Notes under the pieces: generated by a model
Seen by the model: the letters and a program-made list of their open reading frames with translations, nothing else
The model's database searches: none
Told to the model about the DNA's origin: nothing
Made by a program: the position numbers and the translations under genes
NCBI GenBank assembly: GCA_964389675.1
Contig: CAYMEV010000002.1
Location: 1-64,000 of the forward strand
Source: an uncultured Candidatus Sumerlaeota bacterium
GTDB taxonomy: Bacteria > CAYMEV01
Direction: 5' to 3'
DNA length: 64,000 nucleotides
In this document: positions 57,966 to 64,000 of the stretch, piece by piece
How the letters are laid out: every line of letters begins with the position of its first letter
Numbering within the stretch: the stretch's first letter is position 1

Positions 57966-60900
57966 TTGGAATTTGAAAGATTAATACCACATTTTATCTT
58001 AAAGAATTTCCAGGAGGGCGTATATCAGGGCAGATTTACATGTGCTGTCCTGTTTGCTGATATTTCAGGTTTTACAGCTCTGACGGAGAAACTGACCGGA
58101 TATGGAAAGGCAGGGACAGAAATCCTTTCCGCCATAATAAATGATATATTCACTCCCTGTATTAATTCGGTATACCAGAGGGGGGGCTTTATCTCAACAT
58201 TTGCCGGAGACGCGTTTACTGCTTTATTCCAGAATAAATCAGGCAATGCCCTTTTAGCATCAAAAGAAATAATTGATGAAATAAAAAGACAGCATATAAA
58301 ACAGACAATATATGGTAATTTCGAAATCTCTGCAAAGATCGGTTTATCCTATGGGCCTGTAGAATGGGGTATTACTGGAAAAGGCAGTAAAAAGGCATAT
58401 TATTTTAAAGGCCCGGCTATCGACCAGGCAGCTAAATCTGAGTATTTATGCGGAAAAATGGATATAGTGTCAGATTCTCAATTTTATGAGGAATTTAAAC
58501 TGCAGGGGAAATTCAGGAAGAATTGCAGAGGATATTTTTTTCTGATTTCCATTAATGAAATGGATAAAGCAGAAAATTCATATACATCCCTTAAGCCTGA
58601 TAAGGATTCAGTTCCTGCATTTATTCCTGAAAGCCTTCTGAGCGCCAGGCCCCTTGATGAAATGAGGGATATTGTGAGTGTATTTCTTTCTTTCAGGCAA
58701 ATTGACAGCGATTATGACAGCATGGATGAATTTTCAAGCTTTCTGCTGAAATCAACAGAAACCTGGGGAGGTTATTTCAGTAGAATAAGTTTCGGCGACA
58801 AAGGTGGGTCAGCCCTTATAAATTTTGGCATGCCTGTAGCCTATGAAGACAATATTTCACGTGCTTTGACCTGTACCAGTGAAATTATCAGAAAATACAA
58901 AAGCAATGTAAGGGCAGGTATTACCTTCGGAAGGCTGTTCTCCGGGTATGTCGGAAGCAGGGTAAGAGCAGCCTATGATGTGCTGGGGGATTCAGTGAAC
59001 CTTTCAGCAAGGATAGCCATGAAAACTGAATGGGGAAGTATATGGCTGTCAAAAAGTGTTTCTGAAGTCGCAAAAAAAGGATTTTTGATACATTATATCG
59101 GAGAATTTTTATTTAAAGGCAAATCAGGGAAGACGGATGTTTATCAGCTGGGGAGTGAAAAATCCAGTATATTGCTGACATATAAGGGCTCCATCTTTGG
59201 AAGGGAAAAAGAGATAAATCTTCTTAAAAAGTCTATAAATCCGATATTTAAAGGCCGGTTCGGTGGCATAGTATATATATATGGAGAGCCCGGGATTGGA
59301 AAATCAAGGCTTGTTCACGAGGCTGTCTCTCGTATCCACAGAGAAAGGAAATTATGCACATTACAGTGTGATGGTATTATTAGAAAAGCCTGGAACCCTT
59401 TCATATATTATTTATTCCTTTATTTTGCCCAGGACCATGACAGGCCTGATCAAGAAAATGAGCTGAATTTCCGAAACAGGATGCAGTTCCTTATAGATAT
59501 GCTGTCAAAATTAGATGCTGATTCGCAAAAGATAAGCATAGATGAATTAAGAAGAGGAGAACCTTTTATTAAAGCTCTCCTCTCTCTTGATACCAAAGAT
59601 ACGCTTTATGAGGAGCTGGATGCAAAACACAGGCACGATAATACTATCTATGCACTGAAGGAGTTTTTTAAGGCCTTAAGCCTGTTAAATCCTCTGATAA
59701 TGAATATTGAAGACATTCATTATCTGGATACAGAATCCTCCATTGCATTATGGCATCTTACAAGAAATATAGAGAAATTTCCGATTATTATCATATGTAC
59801 CAGCAGGTATTGTGATGATGGCTCAAAACCAGAAATTTTCAGTGACAGCAATATCCCAAAAAATGAAATAGACCTGGAAAGACTCACAGAGGCATCATCC
59901 GAACAGCTAATTGCTGAAAAATTAAAACATAGGCCAAATAATGAACTGGCAGGCATTATATTGGAACGTACCAGCAATAATCCTTTCTTTATTGAGCAGT
60001 TTTGCTTCTATCTGCTTGAAAATGGTTATATAGAGATTGAAGAAGGATTATGCAGTATTTCAAAGAAGACAGAGGACATACCATCAGGAATCAATCAGAT
60101 TCTTATTGCAAGAATAGACAGGTTATCGAGAGAACTGCGCGAGTTAACGAAAATAGCCTCTGTATTTGGGAGGGAATTTAATAATAATATTCTGTTCAAG
60201 ACAATTAACACCCTGTATGAACTGATAAGAATATTTGAGACTGCTGATAAAAGCAGATTTGATACTGAAGCAGTCAAGCGACTCGTAATTTCCGACAGCA
60301 GCCTGCTTCTTTCTGCAGGAGAAAGAGAGAGCATATGGGAAAATATTGATGAGATAAGGTACATATTTAAGCATTCACTGCTCAGCGAAAGCGCATATAA
60401 TATGCAGATGAAGGAAAGGCTGAGGATATTGCACCGGACAGCCGGTGAGACAATTGAAAAGATAAAGGGATTAAAAGATGATAGATATATAGATTTAGCC
60501 TACCATTTTGAAAGGGCCGGAATAAAGGACAAGGCAATTGAATATATGAGCAAAGCAGGCGATTATTTGAGGAAAACATATAAAAACAAGGACGCTCTTG
60601 AAATGTATAAAAGGCTTGTAAGTCTGCTTGAGGAACCTGCAGGGATTCTGGAAACGAAACTAAAAATCGGTGAAATCATGGAACTTACCGGCAATTGGGA
60701 GAAATCTGAGAAGATATTCAGAGAGTGTGTCAAAGAATCGTTAAAACTGGGCAGAAAGAATCTCCTGTCCGATTCCTATCAGGCATTGAGCGATACCCTG
60801 CGATGGAGATATAAATACAGTGAAGCTCTCGAGGCAATTAAGATTTTCCATGATCTGTCAAAAGAGAGAGGAGACAAAAAGGGTACAGGTACTGCTTTCG

Positions 60901-61859
60901 GCTATTATGGGACAATTTATGGAATGCTGGGCGATTTTCAAAAATCGCTGAAATATTTTAAGAAATACAGGAAGATTGCAGAAGAGATTGATGACCATTT
61001 AGGAGCTGCTACTGCTACAGGAAATATGGGTATTGTATATTTGAACCTGTGTGAATATGAAAAATCGCTGGAATGCCACCATATCAATAAAGAATTAAAG
61101 GAAAAGCTTGGTGATAAGCGAGGAATTGCATCAGCTGTAGGGAATATGGGAAATGTATATTATTATCAGGGCAAATTTGATTTAGCAGTCGAATGCTATG
61201 AGCTTAACAGGAAATACCTTGAAGAGATAGGGGATAAAAGGGGAATGGGGAAAGCGTCAGGCAATATAGCATTTGTATATTTTGATCAGGGCAGGTATAG
61301 AGAAGCTCTTGAGCATATTGAAATTGATAAAAACATCTCTGATGAACTGGGCGATAAGTATGGCATTGCACACTCTTTAGGGCTTATGGGGGATATTTAT
61401 GCTAAATTGGGAAAAAAGAAAAGGGCTCTTGGTTGTTATGAAAGAGCAATAAATATTTTTAATGATATTAAAATCAGGAATTCATCATTATTAAAATGCA
61501 TTCTTGCCAGGGGGGATCTATTGATTCAGCAAAAGGACATAAATTTGGCTCAAAAGTCTAATAATGAGCTGTTCGAACTTGCAAAGAAAATGAAAAAGAG
61601 TGACTATATTTTTAATGCAAGGCTTCAAAAATGCAGGATAATGGGGAAGATAGACTCTGAAAATGCAATAAAATGCCTGCAAAAGCTTATCAGCAATGAA
61701 ATTGATGACCAGAGCAAAGCTAGGCTCTATTATGAGCTCTACAGTATTGAGAAAAAAGATGACTACAGAAAAGAATGCATCAGATTATACAGATACTTAT
61801 ATGAAAAAATACCAAAATATGGATATATGGAGAAAATTAAAGAATTAACTGATAATTAG
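57966..61859 (+). CDS. sAC-like tandem cyclase + STAND NTPase + TPR, paralogue 4
   Basis: FADISGFT, FAGDAF, SFGDKG, YDVLGDSVNLSAR, GEPGIGKS, NIEDIH and NNPF motifs; 40-aa repeats; TTG start. Confidence 0.92.
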   Translation: MEFERLIPHFILKNFQEGVYQGRFTCAVLFADISGFTALTEKLTGYGKAGTEILSAIINDIFTPCINSVYQRGGFISTFAGDAFTALFQNKSGNALLASKEIIDEIKRQHIKQTIYGNFEISAKIGLSYGPVEWGITGKGSKKAYYFKGPAIDQAAKSEYLCGKMDIVSDSQFYEEFKLQGKFRKNCRGYFFLISINEMDKAENSYTSLKPDKDSVPAFIPESLLSARPLDEMRDIVSVFLSFRQIDSDYDSMDEFSSFLLKSTETWGGYFSRISFGDKGGSALINFGMPVAYEDNISRALTCTSEIIRKYKSNVRAGITFGRLFSGYVGSRVRAAYDVLGDSVNLSARIAMKTEWGSIWLSKSVSEVAKKGFLIHYIGEFLFKGKSGKTDVYQLGSEKSSILLTYKGSIFGREKEINLLKKSINPIFKGRFGGIVYIYGEPGIGKSRLVHEAVSRIHRERKLCTLQCDGIIRKAWNPFIYYLFLYFAQDHDRPDQENELNFRNRMQFLIDMLSKLDADSQKISIDELRRGEPFIKALLSLDTKDTLYEELDAKHRHDNTIYALKEFFKALSLLNPLIMNIEDIHYLDTESSIALWHLTRNIEKFPIIIICTSRYCDDGSKPEIFSDSNIPKNEIDLERLTEASSEQLIAEKLKHRPNNELAGIILERTSNNPFFIEQFCFYLLENGYIEIEEGLCSISKKTEDIPSGINQILIARIDRLSRELRELTKIASVFGREFNNNILFKTINTLYELIRIFETADKSRFDTEAVKRLVISDSSLLLSAGERESIWENIDEIRYIFKHSLLSESAYNMQMKERLRILHRTAGETIEKIKGLKDDRYIDLAYHFERAGIKDKAIEYMSKAGDYLRKTYKNKDALEMYKRLVSLLEEPAGILETKLKIGEIMELTGNWEKSEKIFRECVKESLKLGRKNLLSDSYQALSDTLRWRYKYSEALEAIKIFHDLSKERGDKKGTGTAFGYYGTIYGMLGDFQKSLKYFKKYRKIAEEIDDHLGAATATGNMGIVYLNLCEYEKSLECHHINKELKEKLGDKRGIASAVGNMGNVYYYQGKFDLAVECYELNRKYLEEIGDKRGMGKASGNIAFVYFDQGRYREALEHIEIDKNISDELGDKYGIAHSLGLMGDIYAKLGKKKRALGCYERAINIFNDIKIRNSSLLKCILARGDLLIQQKDINLAQKSNNELFELAKKMKKSDYIFNARLQKCRIMGKIDSENAIKCLQKLISNEIDDQSKARLYYELYSIEKKDDYRKECIRLYRYLYEKIPKYGYMEKIKELTDN

Positions 61860-62004
61860 CGGGAAATATTTCATATCTTCATAATCATTGATGAATAATC
61901 CTGATTAATTATATGCATATGTTTTTCTAATATATAAATCAGCTTCAATTTATAAATTAAAAAATTTCCTGTATTTATGGTCTATTTAAGATTTGCGGGG
62001 TCCC

Positions 62005-63699
62005 TTATTTAATTATCAGGTAAAGGTCTGAAACTCCTCCTGTCCCGCCATAATCCAGGGCTGAGATCCTTATGTCAACTGGAACTCCTTTGGGGAATTC
62101 AGATGTGAGATCAAAGCTGTCTGGGGAAAAAGTGAAGCCGGAAGGCTCCAGTTGGGGCACTTTAATCCCATTATATTCCACTGGTTCCACTGAACCGATT
62201 ATGAAGCGCTTATTAATTCCAGGAGAATTAATTTCAAACAGGATGAAATTATCAATATACCATGAATCTTTGCCCTCAGAATCACCGGCTAGTATAACCT
62301 TCTGATTCTCTTCAACTGCAATTGTCCCTTCATACTGATCTGTCAAATGGTAAGGGACCTTATCCCAGGTACTGGTTGTAATGCTTACAGGGTCATAAAC
62401 ATTCGATTTGAAATTTGCAGAGCTCTGTCTGGGTATCTCACTGAATATACGGTAAATAACATCATTTTTAACCGGACTGGTAAAATCATATGAAATTACA
62501 ATATTTTCCCAGCATGCTTTTCCCCTGTCATAGGCTGTTGCCTGATCATCCCCTATATAAACCCATTCGCCTGTCATACCGTCTGTCCCGCTTGTACCTA
62601 GCCCGGAACCGACATCAATTGTACCCGGGTTAATACCTTTTGCTGTTCCGGCATGCCGGCCATCAATGTAAATATCATAGCTTTTATTTCCAGGAAATGC
62701 ATCAATCCTGATTTGATACTGTATTCCAACTTCCATATCCATGATTTTGGTATTGGCCGGCCGCAAATAGTGGAGAGCTGTCCCCCAGTCAATGTGCAGA
62801 TGGACAAAAGAATCACTGTAAAGGATAAACCAGTGGTTGTCCTTTGTTTTAAGCATAAAATCAAATGAAACAGAATAGTCCTGTGTAAAATCATAGGGGC
62901 GCTTTTGTGTTGCAAAACCAGTACCATTCTCCATTGATTCGATGCATATCTGATTAATGCCGATATCCACAGTGTTTCCTCCTGATGATACAGGGTACCA
63001 GCCCAGAACTCCAGCTCCTGCACCGACATTAAGTACAATATATCCATATACAATTCCATCTGCAGTGCCTCTCCCTGGAGTAAGGGTATATACTCCGGCA
63101 GGAAGAGTCTGGCCCACCAGGCTTTTTCCCAGGTTATTGCCGGAAATATCAATTACTTTTGGCCCGGGGTTGTGAATGTTATGGGGGGATATAAACTGCA
63201 TAAATGCCCTGCCCTGGCCGTCCCTGAAAATTCCCATTCCGTCTGTTCCATCATAAAAAGAGTCCACAATTTGTGTCGGTGAGCAAAGAATGACAATATT
63301 GCCTTCATACCTTGGTGATGTTACTGCAGTCTGTCTTCCCCATAGGGTGATTTTCTCAGGGCTGAATTCTGTATCAAGGAGAATGCTGACAGAGCCGATA
63401 CTCGTCCTTATAGTATACTCCCCGGGAGGCAATAACCCGGAAAACTTCTGGCCTTTTTCTACTGTTACGAACAGACTGCCGTTTCGAAAGACTGAAAAAC
63501 TGTCCGCATTCTGTGAAACGCTGATGATCTTTGCATTATTCGTAAGATTGACGGTATTACCGCTTTGTGTGGGGCCTCCGAAAGAAGAACCTTCCTTCTG
63601 TGACCCCCATAGATTATACTGAATTGCATAGATCAATGAAAAATTCAATAATAAGAAAATCATTGAAAAAAAAGCAAATTTTTTAAGATAATTGTTCAT
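62005..63699 (-). CDS. Secreted beta-rich hypothetical protein
   Basis: Signal peptide; Gly/Ser/Thr-rich beta-strand patterns; internal similarity (LWGSQ/LWGRQ...GN...LP.G.YT). Confidence 0.7.
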   Translation of the reverse strand: MNNYLKKFAFFSMIFLLLNFSLIYAIQYNLWGSQKEGSSFGGPTQSGNTVNLTNNAKIISVSQNADSFSVFRNGSLFVTVEKGQKFSGLLPPGEYTIRTSIGSVSILLDTEFSPEKITLWGRQTAVTSPRYEGNIVILCSPTQIVDSFYDGTDGMGIFRDGQGRAFMQFISPHNIHNPGPKVIDISGNNLGKSLVGQTLPAGVYTLTPGRGTADGIVYGYIVLNVGAGAGVLGWYPVSSGGNTVDIGINQICIESMENGTGFATQKRPYDFTQDYSVSFDFMLKTKDNHWFILYSDSFVHLHIDWGTALHYLRPANTKIMDMEVGIQYQIRIDAFPGNKSYDIYIDGRHAGTAKGINPGTIDVGSGLGTSGTDGMTGEWVYIGDDQATAYDRGKACWENIVISYDFTSPVKNDVIYRIFSEIPRQSSANFKSNVYDPVSITTSTWDKVPYHLTDQYEGTIAVEENQKVILAGDSEGKDSWYIDNFILFEINSPGINKRFIIGSVEPVEYNGIKVPQLEPSGFTFSPDSFDLTSEFPKGVPVDIRISALDYGGTGGVSDLYLIIK

Positions 63700-63950
63700 A
63701 AATATTTGTCCCCTTAAATATTTGAATTTAATGTATAATTAAGGCTATCATGAAAAGATATAAATCAAAAGTATTTTTCATGAATAGCATAAGGTCAGTG
63801 AAAAGATACTATCTTCATATTTAAATTAATTAAATATAGAAAAGGTAAATAAATCCTCTTTAGCATTATTAAGCAGTCCAGGCCAGAAATGAAAAATCTT
63901 GTGCAGAAGGCATTATGTGATATTATCATAATTAAAGGAGGTTTTATAAA

Positions 63951-64000
63951 ATGAGAAAGATTATGCTGATTATCATTGCCGGGCTGATTGCATTTTCCTC
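63951..64000 (+). CDS. Start of a secreted protein (partial, runs off right edge)
   Basis: AAGGAGG RBS then MRKIMLIIIAGLIAFS. Confidence 0.7.
   Translation, partial: MRKIMLIIIAGLIAFS

Noticed and set aside
63916-63930. CRP site TGTGA...TCATA
   Set aside because: Spacer is 5 bp rather than 6 and the second half-site is imperfect.

Overview
AT-rich bacterial chromosomal window, standard genetic code, probably a diderm (outer-membrane beta-barrel gene) that may be an anaerobe (several radical SAM enzymes, FNR-type box). It has about 40 protein genes and no rRNA, tRNA, CRISPR array or reverse transcriptase that I could recognise. The main feature is four dispersed 1300-1450 aa paralogues with the architecture of mammalian soluble adenylyl cyclase: tandem class III cyclase domains, a STAND P-loop NTPase and a TPR array. 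Their N-termini are conserved, but their TPR arrays and catalytic-pocket residues have diversified, suggesting an expanded NLR-like receptor family with cyclic-nucleotide output. A second unusual locus (6.3-8.6 kb) is a 2.1-kb segment bounded by a perfect 21-bp inverted repeat. It carries a secreted DUF5648-like + 2xDUF1566 protein and an IS91-family transposase relic, and abuts a 48-bp-period hairpin array. Other notable loci are an ABC exporter-TldD-TldE-Ntn hydrolase operon, a double-domain KamA-like radical SAM protein with a structured leader, a SPASM + B12 radical SAM pair, and many peptidases. An 810-codon gene running off the left edge is missing from the ORF track. All family calls come from motif recognition by eye, not database searches.
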